DNA of 64,000 nt from Azolla caroliniana (taxonomy: Eukaryota > Plantae > Polypodiophyta), in the NCBI GenBank assembly GCA_043228905.1, contig JBHGNT010000004.1:9362001-9426000 (forward strand). The letters run 5' to 3'. This document shows, one piece after another, positions 25,301-39,800 of this stretch (the first letter of the stretch is position 1; each line of letters opens with the position of its first letter). Under the pieces are notes generated by a model. That model was not told the origin of the DNA. It saw only the letters and a program-made list of their open reading frames with translations, and searched no databases. Position numbers and translations under genes: made by a program.

Positions 25301-27625
25301 GTGGGCCGTGTTGGTTTGTTAATGGGTTATTTTAATATGTGTGTTGATGCGTCACAATCTACTTCATGATTCTCATTGATAGATTCTCATGAGCAAGTAG
25401 TTTGGGACAAACTGGCATCAGAGGTTTTGAAGTTGGATGTATGGAAATGGTTGCATCAAGATGAGGTTGGGTTTACATTTCAATCTATCCAATATAAGGA
25501 AACATGGAGTAGGTTAGATAGAATGTATGTTATGCATGATGAGTCCTTTTAGCCAGAGATGCTTAATATGTCAATTATGCAAGAGGGTGTGACATCGGAT
25601 CATTTTCCCAATTTAATGCCTATATGGAACAAATTTTTGGCATGTTTTCAGAACAAGTTATTTAAAAAGGATGGCATTCATGGGATAAAACACACTACAA
25701 AACATCAATGATATTCATCGTATGTATGGTATGACAAATGCTAAAAGACGTAAGAGATTGATTGATAAGTTTTCATATATTCTTACGCGATGCAAATATT
25801 TGTCAAGTATTGGATGTTGATTTTGAAGAAGCTGAGGTTGAAAAGGTATTGTTACACCTTCCAAATGGTAAAAGCCCTGACTGGGATGGTGTTAAAAATG
25901 AAGTTTTTAAGAAGTATGCTAGCATGCTTAAGAGTCCATTCCCACAAATGTTTCAACAATGTTGGGATTCTGGTTTCATGCCTCAAAGCTAGAAGGTGGG
26001 CTTAATCAAATTGTTACCAAAGGTACCATCTCCGGAGTCATTTCATCAATGGAGGCCTACTTCTTTGATGGGAGGGTTGTACAAAATCGCGTAAGAATAT
26101 ATGAAAACTTATCGATCAATTTCTTATGTCGTTTAGCATTAGTCATACCATACATACGATGAATACACATCCATAAGACACAATAAGACATATATATATT
26201 ATAATAGCATAAGACACAATATTCTTTTTTGTAACAACTTGGAGCAACTTTTGTCATTTTCCGATAAGGGATAATGTTTATTGATTTTTACAAGAAATAT
26301 TTTGAAGAATACTAGTGAGTTCTAATGTTTATATATAACTACATCGTACAAAATAGAAACATATTATGAGAATGCATTGATTTGACAGTTTTAGTCCTAG
26401 TAATTTTTGTTGAAAAGACAACTACTTTGCTGGTGAAATATATGTATGTGTATAGATATTAAATGTATATATTTATTTTCCCAAAATATTCTTTTTTGTT
26501 TATGTTTTTTGCATTGTTAAAAGCAAAAAATTGTTTCGGCTTGAAACAACACTTCTTGGTGGTGAATGCATACAAAGGGCTCTTTCAGTTTTGATCAAAA
26601 TTTAAGAATGAAGTAGAGAAAGCCATGGGCTAACATGTACAATTTCTTCGGTCGGACGGAGGAAAAGAGTACTTCTCCGACGAATTTTCGGCCTTTCTCT
26701 GGAAAGAAGGAATTCGGCGAGAGTTTTCGCATCGTTTGTTAGTAATGTTGTCAAAACTTGCGGCTAGTGGTGATATTGTGGGTTTGCATCTTCCTTATGG
26801 TGGACAATTGGTGGCACAGGCATCAACTGATGATTCGTTTATGTTTTTCCAAGCCTCAAAAGAAAATCATAAAAGGAGTATACAAGTTTGGGATTAATTT
26901 GCTTTGGCTTTAGGGTTGTATATAAATTGGAGAAGTCTCGACTTATTTCTTTTACATAGAGTAATTTGGAATGTTTGGGATGGCGAGGGTTAGTGATTAC
27001 ATGAGGATCAATTTATCAACATTTGGGTTATCCATTGGGAATTGAGGTTACAAATGTTCAATTGATTGACTGGATTGGTAGTAAACTGAGGGACAAATTT
27101 ATGTATTGGAAGTCTCAATTATGGCCCTTGCATGTACGACCCAAAGTGGTGCAATGTATCTTGATACCCATGTTATTATATTTTTTGCATTTACATCCTT
27201 GGACTAAGAAGCTATTGAGATACAAGCTCAACATTGGCCGGATCGGTTGCGCAAGCCGAGAACCGGATCGGTTAAGTCGGACCGGTGCGTAAACCGGGTA
27301 CGTAAACCGGTGCGCAAACAAGAAGTTGTAGCGGTGCGTAGACCGCGAGGCCATTGGAAAGATATTCCGCGTAGGAATATATTTTGGGAGTTAGTGTAGA
27401 GCTCATTTATGAGCATTGAAGTACGTGTCAATACTTCTATCAATCCGTATAAAAGTGCTCACTGAGCACTTTCTATGTATATACTGAGTATTATTTTTTG
27501 AATAGAGTTGTGTGTATTCTCTCTCTCAGTCAGTCTCTCCTGCATACTGTGTGTCCAAGCTCTCCATTAAACTTGTGTTTTCCTACGTTCTGCCTTCTGT
27601 TGCTTCTGCATGTCGTTTTTTTACA

Positions 27626-27637
27626 TGGTATCAGAGC
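27626..27637 (+). promoter_or_regulatory. Primer-binding site, tRNA-iMet
   Basis: TGGTATCAGAGC immediately after the LTR end TTACA. Confidence 0.92.
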
Positions 27638-28648
27638 GCGAGGGTTGAGAATGAACCTCTATAGCAGACCTTAGCATGAGAAGAAAACCTAACCTTCGAA
27701 AAGAATAAGAAAAACTGAATGGATAGAGGCCTGGCTAGCTTGCTTCCGACCGAGAAGCTCGACAGAAACAACTACGCATCTTGGTTGTACAAGATGCACC
27801 AGTACCTGCTCGGGCATGGATACTAGAACTATGTCGACGGAGCAAATGACTCAGCACCCGATTCGACACACAAAGACTTCCCAACTTGGGAATAGTCGGC
27901 GAATAGAGTTCTCTATTGCTCTACATCTTGTGTGGGCGAACAACTTTTGAGCTATATTCGGGGTGCGAAAATGGAAAAGGATGCTTGGGGAAATTTGAAA
28001 AAGATTTTCACCGCAAGCACCACAGCCAGAAAACTCCAACTTCGATAGGAGTTGAGCAACTTGCGGCAACACGATTTTTCGGTGGCTGATTACACCTCGA
28101 AGATCAAAGATATATGCGACTCCTTAGCCTCCATCGATGTGAATGTCGAGGAAGGTGAGATGGCGCAGATCTGTCTCGGGGGACTGGCGTCGAAGTTCGG
28201 AGCGTTTCAAACTGCTATGTGCACACAGGAGAATACGCCGTCGTTTTTCGACCTATAGTCGATGCTCCTTATAGAGGAGTACCATGCGGGTGCGTGGATG
28301 AGTACGCACACCGATAGCAAGATGTTGTACACGAAGGGAGATAGGCCCCGTCTTCATGGCAGACGAGGCGAGTCGGTGCACAATGGAGGCGGCCGATGGG
28401 ATCAAGGAAGAAGGCACTGAAGTGATGCCAAGAGCAATTCTGGATCCTCCAGAAACAGGGGGAGTCGAGGCAACGAGAACCGGCAAGGGAAACCCGTCAC
28501 GGAATGCTGGTATTGTGGCAAGAAAGGCCACAAGGAGAGCGAGTGTTGAAAGGGAAACTCATGAACGTGTTACACGTCTCGACAATCACGAAGAATCTGG
28601 TGTCGGTCGGGCATATCGTCAACCAGGGGATGCAAGTCTGGTTCATGT

Positions 28649-31600
28649 TGTCGTAAAGATCCGTCACTACGCGCAGATCATGAGGCGGAACTGTTGTGGT
28701 TCTGGACCGGAAGGATTCGACGTTAGCACAAGCTTTAGCAAGAAAGGAATTAAGATAGATTGAAAGAGAGAGAGATTGAGAAAAGATAGAACACTTGATT
28801 TTAGATTGAGAGAGAGATTAAGAACTCTTGACTTTAGATTTCAGAAACAAGTTACAAGATCAATTCGATGACGAATTTTCTTCTTCTTAATTTCATAACC
28901 AAAAGAGCCTAACCCTTCTTCTTTTTCATCCCCCTCTTTTATAGATGCTCTCATGCATATGATGCATGTGAGGGTACAAGACATGCATAAAATGCATGTT
29001 TTCCATTTGACGCTCATGTATTACATGTGGTGCATAATAACCATATCACTCATTTTAGTTCTCATGTATAAGAATTTACATGTAAAAGTACAATGATAGA
29101 AATAAAAATTCAACTAAATGTTATGGCTTAGTGGTAAGCCTACTAACTCTTAACTAGGAGGTGCAAGGTTTGAATCCACACTTGCACTCCTTGTGTATAC
29201 ATATATTTATTTATTTATATATATATCTACCTGGTCACCGGATGACGCCGGTTCGCCGGATGCTGGTCGCCACCGATTACCGTTGATTGCTGGATGACGT
29301 CAGTTCCCCGGATGCCGCCGGTTACCGTTCGGTCGCCGGATGCTGGTTCCATTGCCGGATGTCGGATGCCGGTTACCGCTCGGTCACCGAGTCTTGGTTA
29401 CGTTGCCGGTCCGGTTTTGGTTGGGCAAAACCTTTGCAAGTAGCTAGGCCACACCCATTCATCCAATAGCTTAGTTCAAGTCACCTTGAACTCTCTATGC
29501 TCCACACATAGACACAAAGATAATAGCTTTTGCTCTACCTTATATATGGTGAGATCCTTATTTCCTATCTATGTGGGATATCTCACAGTTTTATTTTTCT
29601 CTTCTTCCTTCTCATACTTCACTCCCACATAACTTGTCACTTAGATGTCCGTTTCTTATGTAGTAAAGTGCATCTCTTCAAGATCTTCGTCTTTTGTACT
29701 AAGATATTAAACTTACTTAGAATCAGTATATTCACTATTATTGTTTTATATGATTGACACTTGATTTCGTATGTCTTATGTAATTTTCACACCATTGCCG
29801 AAAATCTTCACGACATCCACCACCACCAAACCGCACGTCCTCCGGTACGTGCCAAGAAGAGAGAAAGTGAGATTTTGGCTACGGTGATCAATCAGATTCC
29901 TCCATGTCTTCATTTACATCCGCCCTATTATGTTCATCGTCGAGGTGATCGAGGTCAGGATCTTCGTCTTGTCTTTTCTTGAAAATCTTTACTCTTTTTC
30001 CCGCAATGGGTACGATCAACCTTGATTTGTCTAGCTCTGCAAGGTGGTATGTGGCATTATCGTTGGCACTTGTCACCACATACGGCCTAAACCATCTTCT
30101 TGCGAACTTTCTTGTTGTACTGTGTTGATTGTCAAGGCTGTTGTCGTAAACCAAAACCTAATCTCCTTCTTCAATCTTCTTGGGACGAAGTCGATCCGTG
30201 TTGTCGAACCGAACTTTGTTTTTTACTCGGGTTGCCTCCATCATCTTTTGCGCTTTTTCTAGATCTTCAAGTTGCCTTATCAGCGCCGCTAATAACTCTT
30301 CTCGGCTCATCTTGTTCTCCCACGGTATCGCTACCCATGAGGCAATCGTCCTTTCGATGGGCATTACCGGCTTTTGTCCATACATAAGCTCTGTCGGCAT
30401 ATACCCTATTACTGAGCTGTGTGTTGTTCTGTCGGCCCACAAGGCATAGGGTAATAGTCGTGACCAATTCCCGACTCGATCACTGCATGCCCGTACGATG
30501 GCTTTGACGATAGGTCCATGTCCTCACTCGATCTTCCCATTCGCTTCCGGATTGTAGGCAGTCATGAGGGAGAGCTTCACGCCTAGTCGTTCGAAGAGCT
30601 CCGTCGCTTCGTGCTCATCCAACTCCCCTCGGTCATCCACTATCTTCCCCACACATCTGTATCGGCAAACAACCTCTTCAAGTAGAAATTTGCAAACGAC
30701 TGAAGTCGTCTTATTTGTCAAGGCTCGTCCTTCCACTTGATTTGTCAAGTCTTCCCTTGCCAGCACTAAGTACTTCATTTGTCCCACTCCCATTGGTATC
30801 GAGACCAAATCCACCATCCATTTGAAGTGTATGGTGAGTGGGTATGCCGGCCGTAACTCATCACGATAACGTATATTTGAATGTATTTGGCAAGTTTCGC
30901 ATGTGGACACGAAATGGAGTACATCTTTGTACATGCTTGGCCACCAGTACTTCTCCTTCAACTTTTCGAACGTCGCCCATGTTCCTCTATGACCTGCCCA
31001 AGTACTCTCGTGGAATTCGGTCATCAGCCTCTCTTGCTCTTCTTTCTTCACCACCACTCGACATGGTATTCTTGTCCTTCTTTTTGGATGTCGCCAAAGG
31101 AATCCTCCTTTCAAGAAGTACCGGTAAGATTTCTTCCGGATTCGTAGGGCCTCCTCCTTTGTCAACGAAGCATCTGCCGTCAATGTTCTTAGGAATCTAC
31201 CGATCAATAACCACTCTCTTTCGTACTCGTTCTCGTTGAAGGCCCGGAGGGTTTGCATGTCCTGGTTATCCGCTGATAATCGAGCCATCTTGAAGAAGTC
31301 GAGGGCGACATCTTCATCTTCCGAAACCATGTCGCTGCCATTTTCAAATCTTGCCCTCGACAGCATGTCAGCCATGGCGTTCTTCTTCCCTGCAATGTGA
31401 CGGATCTCTAGGTTTAAAGACTTGATGTAGGTGATCCACCTTAGCATAACAAGATCTAGGGTCGCACATCCCGAGACCATTCCGAGAATTGGGAGACAAT
31501 CTGTCTCTATTATCATTTCCGACCTGATCAGGTAATCTTTGTCCGTCTTCATTGCTGACACAATACCCTAAAGTTCCCGCTTGCCTTGGGCATATCTTTG

Positions 31601-34600
31601 TTGCCGTTCGCTGAGAATCTTTGCTCCAAACCGGACGGCATATCGTGCATTATCTTCTCCTTCTTGATTGATGACCCACCTGATTCCGGTTGGGCTCGTA
31701 TCGACGGTCATGTAAATCGGCTTCCCTTCAGCATAGTCGTCCTTCCTTAGTGCCAGAGCTTCGAGAAGTAGTTTCTTCAATCTTCGCATCGCATTTGTGT
31801 GCTCGTCTCGCCATTCGAACTTCATTCTTTTCTTTAGTAGTCCATATAACGGTTCCGCGACATGAGCGTTGTGCGGAATCCAGATATGATAAAATGTGCA
31901 TGCTCCAAGGAACCTTCTAACCTCCGTTTGGTTTTCGCATTCTTCTTTCATGTCTTGGAACGCGTTCACTTTGTATGGCAAAGGCTTCCGGCCGTATGCC
32001 CCACACAAGTGACCTACGACCAAGATCTCTAGTTGCCCGAATGCAGATTTTTCTCCCGAAAATGTCAAATTCGCATCTTCGAGCCTTTGAAGCACCTTCT
32101 CGCAATCTTTCATATGATCTGCAACGAACTTTCTACAACCTTCCTTATCTTTTGATTCATCTTTCTCCTCATCCAAACATCCTTTTATCAGAATATCATC
32201 CAAGAATGGCATCGTGATGTCCGTGATGCAATCCTTCAAGACTTTATTCATGGCATTCACCATATGAGCTACCGAGTTCGTTGCGCCTTGGGGTAAGGTA
32301 CACATCTGCATAAGCCCGATAGGAGTCCTCATGGTTGTAATGTTCCGACTGTCGATCGCCAATTGGAATTGGCCATATCCGGAGTAGAGATCGCCAATGG
32401 AGTAGATGGACCGGCCTTCAAACACTTCGCCAAATTCGTCCATGCTCGGACCAATTCCGGCATTTCGAATTGTCACCTTGTTGACGGGTTGAAGATCTTT
32501 GATGAATCGCAATGATCCATTCCTCTTCGGCACCGTGAACCACCTATTGGAATAAGGAGAATTCGACGGTTCTAGAATTCCCATACTCACCTTCTCCTTT
32601 AAGAGCTCAATCAGCTTCGGAAGGTGTGCTCTTGGAACCGGTATCGGTTTCAAATTCCAAGGCACATGAGGCACCGTGAAGATCACCATCGGCTCTATAA
32701 CCTTTGGGTCGGCACATCCGATTTCTCGTGGAAAGAATGCGAAAGCCTTCCCATGTCCCCCAAGCATATCACGAAACATTCGCTCCTCTTCAAGGGGAAG
32801 GAAATCCTCCTTTCCAACTCGTAGCTTCCCCTTCGTCTCTTTGGTGAAGACATGACCTACCCTATTCGGATCTCCTAAGCTTGGATCGTTAGCGACTTCC
32901 TTCATCTTTTGCCAACTATCTTCTGGTAGCAGAACCACCACTGGATTGATCTTCTTATCCACCATTTTATATTTCGTGTTGATGTCAGCTTCCTTCGTCG
33001 AGATGCCACGACGGTATTCATCGATGATAACATACATGTTGACAGAGTTAACTGAAATCACGTAATCATCGTGAAGATAGCTCAAGTCCACGAGTTCCTC
33101 GATTTCGCCGATGGTGTCGTTAAATGAGGCTTCTTCCATAATATGAGTCACAAAGTCTCCTTCTTCTATTATGTTTTCTTCATTCAACATCTTCTCGAAT
33201 TCTTGTATTCGACGCTTGTCCTTCTTGTCAGGTAGTACTAGTTTACATGCACCACTAGGTGTGACACATGTTGCTTCTCCTCGCAATCCACGCACTCTTC
33301 TTTCTTGTGGGGTCTTGTGATTTCTCGGACTATTTGTGCCCCATGCTTCAATAGTCCGCTCTAAAAATCCGAGGATTCGCCTCCGAGACTATCTCGATTC
33401 CTTTCATGATTGGCTCACACCGTTAGGAATTGGACCGATCTTTGGTTGTCAAGACTCTTTATTCGTGCCAAGGCTGCTCCATTATCGAACACTTTGGTCT
33501 CCATCCGAGATGATGTGATATACGGTTGTCCTAGGATGACAAGATGCGACGCCGATTCTTGCACGAAGAAGTGTTGATCCATCTCCACATCCCCAATCAT
33601 GACTTTGACATTGGGACAAGCTCCGTACAAGTCCTCTGTAGACTTTGTTGCTGTGCGAATCTTCCATCCGTGGTTTGTATTGATTGGCCATCTTCCTTTT
33701 TTGTAGAAGTCGGTTGACATGAGTTGATCTCTGAGCCGTGGTCGATCAAGGCTACCACAGTCTCTTTCTTCTCCCCGATCTTCACCGGCGTCTCCATTGT
33801 CGTTGGTGCCCAATGAGGTCGAGTATAGTGGTTGTCCACCATATCTTCATCGACTTCGTCTCTTGCCATCGTTATGGCATTCGTTTTTGCTTTTTGTGGC
33901 TTCTCTTCTTCCTCGTCTGATTGTTGTCTTTTTCTCTTTACAAAGTCCACAATAGTGTCATGGAACTCCTTCGTAATGCCGAGTAATTCCCTCAAGGACA
34001 AAGTCACGTGGCTATCAAGAACTCGTTCTTCGAGAATCTTCTTTAGGTCCGTCGTCTGCTCTATGTCCGACTTTAGCTTATACGTAGGTATAGTCCTTGT
34101 CCTCTGAGCGGGGTCTTCAACACAACCTTCACGGGCCGAACCGTTTCTTCAACTTTTATGCTCAGCTCCCCTTTCCGGCTTGATTCTCGTTCCTCCATTT
34201 GTAAAGGTCAACTCGTCTCCGCATCGTCCTTCTTTTTCGCATTCCTCGTTTCATGTCTTTTTGATGGGCCTTGCTCTTCTATTCTTTTTCTCTTTTCTTT
34301 GACAAACACCTCGTGGTTGTCACACATCACTTCCGTGAGTATGGTGTTGTCATCCACTGGATCTGACCATCCAGTTATACTTTGTACACTTCGATCCGCA
34401 AGCTCTACTTCGCTCAAAGTGACTTTTCCCTTCTTCTCATATTCGAGAAAGGAAGTCCAAAACTTTGCTCCCGCTCTAACAACTTCAGTCCTTTCTTTCC
34501 CGACTCTTATTCCAGCTGACGCAGCATAGTGCATTGCATCCACATGAGTTTCATCGGCATCCTCCATAGATTTCTTCATTCCTCCTCTTCTGAAATTCAC

Positions 34601-36876
34601 CCGTAGGGGTCTTCTAGTCTCGCTCGAGCAGATCATGTTGTCATCTATGTACACGATATTTTGTCAGATCGCCTTTCGAAGGTTCGCGCAATCCCTTCTC
34701 ATGTGGTCCATGCTATCACACCACACGCATCTAAAGGGTTCTTTCCCTTTAGGGCCCCGACGATTCATGTTGGCTAGCGTAACCATCTCAAACTTCTTCG
34801 CCAGTTCTTCGATGATGTTGTCATCAATCTTCTTTTCGTCTGGGCTACTTTGTTTGGGCAGCTCAGCTACTTTCAGTTGTCTAGTTTTCTCCGCAACAGT
34901 CGATCCCGCCAAGTCGGTGTCATCAACCCACTCACGACGCTTGTCGAGCCTATTGCATGCTCGCTGTACCGCAACCTAGTCCGCCACAAGCCCATTTGCT
35001 TGGGTATCCTCTTCGAGAAGAGTCCCCAATTCTCGTCTATCCTCCATGTCCACAACTTTCAAGAAGTACAAAGTCTTGTCTTCTTCAAGCAACACTTGGT
35101 CCGTGTTGGGGAGACGACGAAACATCTGGTCGAATTTGTCGTACACCTTTGAGGCACTCATCTTCTTATTCTTCTTCTCTATCCACTTCATCAGGGCATG
35201 TCGAGTCATCCTCGTTGAGTCTTCAATCGCGAGCTCCGCTAGTATCGTTTTCTCGAACTCAGACCATGTTGTCTTACCTTCTTGAAGTTCAATGACACGT
35301 CTTTGGACGTTGTTGGCGACACCTCTCTTGAAGCTTGTGATTTGACGTGCTTCGGACACGTCCCTCTAATTCATCTCCCTTCTATATGTATAAAGGAACT
35401 TCGTAACGTTCCTTCCATCAAATTGACCCTCGTGCTCTACAACACGGTCGACGGCCTTCTCCATGTTCGCATCGTTGTCTCGAGATCTCATCATTTGTTC
35501 GACGATTACCATCATCCTTTCAAGCTCTCCCACTTGGTTGCTTGAGGACGCCATCTCCAAGTATTAATCTCAGCTTGATCCTTCCTACCGTCTCTTTCAC
35601 GTCAGGTTCACCACTTAATTATGTCGTGAAGATCCGTCACTACGCGCGGATCGTGAGGCAGAACCGCCGGGGTTCTAAACCGGAAGGATTCGACGTTGGC
35701 ACAAGCTTTAGCGAGAAAGGAATTAAGATAGATTGAAAGAGAGAGAGATTGAGAAAAGATAGAACCCTTGATTTTAGATTGAGAGAGAGGTTAAGAACTC
35801 TTGACTTTAGATTTCAGAAACAAGTTACACGATCAATTCGATAACGAATTTTCTTCTTCTTAATTTCATAACTAAAAGATCCTAACCCTTCTTCTTTTTC
35901 ATCCCCCTCTTTTATAGATGCTCTCATGCATATGATGCATGTGAGGGTACAAGACATGCATAAAATGCATGTTTTCCATTTGGCGCTCATGTATTACATG
36001 TGGTGCATAATAACCATATCACTCATTTTAGCTCACATGTATAAGAATTTACATGTAAAAAAGTACAATTATAGAAATAAAAATTCAACTAAATGTTATG
36101 GCTTAGTGGTAAGCCTACTAACTCTTAACTAGGAGGTGCAAGGTTTGAATCCACACTTGCACTCCTTGTGTATATATATATATGTATACATATATTTATT
36201 TATTTATATATATAACTATCCGGTCGCCGGATGCCGGATGACGCCGGTTCGCCAGATGCCGGTTGCCGCCGATTATCGTCAATTGCCAGATGTCGTTGGT
36301 TACCGTCGGTTACCGGCATCCAGTTCCGTTACCGTTCGTCCGGTTTTGGTTGGGCAAAACCTTTGCAAATAGCTAGGCCACACCCATTCATCCAATAGCT
36401 TAGTTCAAGTCATTTTGAACTCTCTATGCTCCACACATAGACACAAAGATAATAGCTTTTGCTCTACCTTATATATGGTGAGATCCTTATTTCCTGTCTA
36501 TGTGGGGTATCTCACAGTTTTATTTTTCTCTTCTTCCTTCTCATACTTCACTCCCACATAACTTGTCACTTAGATGTCCGTTTCTTATGTAGTAAAGTGC
36601 ATCTCTTCAAGATCTTCGTCTTTTGTACTAAGATATTAAACTTACTTAGAATCAGTATATTCACTATTATTGTTTTATATGATTGACACTTGATTTCGTA
36701 TGTCTTATGTAATTTTCACACCATTGCCGAAAATCTTCACGACATCCACCACCACCAAACCGCACGTCCTCCGGTACGTGCCAAGAAGAGAGAAAGTGAG
36801 ATTTTGGCTACAATGATCAAGGTGATTTCGTACGTCTTATGTAATTTTCACACCATTGCTGAAAATCTTCACGACA
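28649..36876 (-). mobile_element. Ty3/Gypsy LTR retrotransposon, degenerate
   Basis: LTRs 28649-29815 and 35622-36744; tRNA-Trp PBS 35596-35613; gag, protease ALIDHGSEIN, RT PFLDD, RNase H TVDTS, integrase H..C/WMVDL in Gypsy order; decayed TSD ATGT/ACGC. Confidence 0.95.
29888..35553 (-). pseudogene. Gypsy gag-pol, disrupted
   Basis: ORFs 35366-35560, 34976-35359, 34664-34912, 33415-34007, 31568-33295, 30524-31561 and 29888-30442. Confidence 0.92.
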
Positions 36877-39800
36877 ACGCATCTCGGGTGCTTGATCGAG
36901 GAGGAAGGCCAAGTTATTGCGCAAGGGCGTAGAGATGGGAGGATGTTTATCCTCGACACCAATGACGTTGCCACCACAATGTTTGCGAAAGGACAAAAAG
37001 TTGAGTCGGATATCGACTTGTGGCAGAAGCGGATAGGCCACGTCAACTTTCAAAGCCTTGAGGACTGGCAATCGAAACAAGTTGTGTTCGGATTGCCCAA
37101 ATTCAGTGGCCTGAAGTCCCAAATTTGTGAAGCCTGCGAGCTAGGGAAGCAAAACCAACTTCTTTTCCCCAACTAGCGTAACCGGCGCTGGAACAAGCCT
37201 GACTTGATAGAATCAGATGTATGGGGGCCGACACAAAACGTTAGTCTTGGCGGGAGTCGATATTTTGTCTCCTTCATCGACGACTACACGTGGCACATGT
37301 GGATCTATCTCATTCAAAAGAAGAGTGAAGTCTTTCACATTTTCCGGAACCTCAAAAGCTTCGTAGGAAGGGAAATAGGGAGAAAGATTCAGTGCCTGTG
37401 GTCGAATAGCGGAAAAGAGTACTTTTCCGGCCAATTCAACAATTATCTGCAATAAATGGGAATTCGGCGCGAATTCAGTTGCAGGTATACCCCAGAGCAA
37501 ACCGGCGTAGCCGAAAGGAAAAATTGGTTGGTTGTGGAAGCGGTGCGGGCAATGCTGGAAGGAAAGAGCTTGCCCAAGTTCTATTGGGCCGAAGCGGTAC
37601 GAACCACAGTCTACATCCAGAATCAGATCGGAGACAAACTGTCGGCGCATGAGCTGTATTTCGAAAGGAGGCTGAATCTACGACACTTGAGATTTTTCGG
37701 TAGCATTGCGTATGTGCATGTGCCGAAGGAAAATTGGAGGAAGTTGGACGCAAAAGCTGAGAAGTGTATCTTGGTCGGCTATTTGGACGAATAGAAGGGT
37801 TATAAGTGTTATAATCCCCGAACCAAACAAGCTCGCGTGAGCCGCGATGTTGTGTTTGATGACTCTGTGTCCTGGTACTTGCCTCCGACTCCGGACCTCA
37901 ACTCCAACTCCGGATCTCCGGACCCGAGTTCTGACGATGAGGTCAACGAGGCTAAAATGCCTCCGGATGACCGCGCAATCAAGACCCTTGATGAGAGTCC
38001 AATTTCATTTCGGCTAAGTGGACTGAACGAGTGACTGGGTTGGCTTGACCAGTCCGAAGAAGAGACTGCGACTGGTGGAGACTCGACCGTGCATTCCCCG
38101 CGTAGGAAGCCGAGGAGACGGTTTACCCGCAAGGAAAAAGGGAAGAAGAAAATGCCAGAGTACGACACGGATAAGGGCGAGTCGGATAGATGCGAATCCG
38201 ACTCTGAGAAGAGCGATGACGGGCCTTCGAGAGCAAAGTCTGTGTCAGCCAAAAAAGCCTCAACATCGGCTAATGAGCAGTTACGACAATCTACCCACCA
38301 GAAGAACCCTGTTGTGTGGTTCGGATACAACGAGTACATGGCGCATCACTATGCATACATGACACTTGTAGCGGATGTGCGTGAGCTGGAGAGCTACGTA
38401 GAAGCGGAGAAGGACGCAAATTGGTGTGCCACAATGAAGGAAGAGATGTGCGCATTAGCGAAGAATGAGACTTGGGACCTGGTTGACGCACCGAAGGGTG
38501 TAAAGCCGATCGGATGCAGATGGGTGTATAAAGTGAAATACAACACCGACGGCTCTGTCAATTGCTATAAGGCCCAGTTAGTAGCGAAAGGCTACTCGTA
38601 GAAGTACGGCATGGATTATGATGAGACCTTCACGCCAGTCACGAAGATGACTACCATGCGAGTCCTGCTAGCCGTAACAGCGGCGAAAGGGTGGCACTTA
38701 CATCAAATGGATGTAAAGAACGCGTTCCTACAAGGTGATCTCAAGGAACAGGTGTACATGGTACAACCCCCCGGATTTCTATCCGAACAAAACACTTCGG
38801 TAGTTTGCCGACTGAGGAATTCCATCTACGGACTTAAGCAAGCACCACGAGCCTGGAACGCGAAGAGTACGCAACAGTTTCATAAGATGGGTTGCGTCGT
38901 CGAAGTCGGCCTCTTCACTATTTGTTCGACAAGGTCAACAAGGACCAGTTAGCCTTCTTTTGTATGTTGATGATTTGGTCATTGCCGGTGCCGACCTGAA
39001 CGAAATCCGCCGCGTGAAGTGTCAACTTGCGGCATCTTTCGAAATGAAGGATCTTGGAGACCTTCATTACTTCCTCGGGATCGAAGTGATCTGTACCCCC
39101 GAAGGCATATTAATTAGCCAACGCCACTATGTGCTGAATATGCTCTTCAAGTTGTAAGCACATCTCGCCCCTTTAGACAGAAACATAAAACTTCGCCGAT
39201 ATTGGGGAAAGGTGTGCCACCCGACACGGTTCCGAAAAATTGTTGGAAGCCTCATATATTTGACGATTACTCGGCCGGACCTCAGCTACCCGGTCGGACT
39301 GATCAGTCAATTCATGTCGCAGCTTACAACCGAACATTTTTAGTGTGCACAAAGGATATTGCGATTTGCCAGCGGCACGAAAGACATGGCGTTCCTATAT
39401 CGGGCAGGCGTAGCCGAACAATTAGTCGGCTACACGGATGTCGATTGGGTCGGAAACGCTCACGATCGTAGATCCACATCCGGATACGCATAATTTCTAG
39501 GCAGTGCGGCGATTGTGTGGAGCAGTAAGAAGCAGCCGATAGTAGCACTGTCGAGCATGGAGACCGAGTATCGAGGGGCGACTATCGCTACGTGCGAAGT
39601 CATTTGGCTAAAACGGCTATTACGGGATCTGTATGTAGACGTGTCTAATCCGACGACGATCTATTGCGACAACCTTAGCAATATCCACCTTGCGAAGAAC
39701 GTCGTATTCCATGCCCGGACCAAGAACATTGAGGTGCATTACCATTTTGTCCGCGAGCAGGTCCTTTTAGGTGAAGTCGACTTGGTGTATGTTTCGACTG

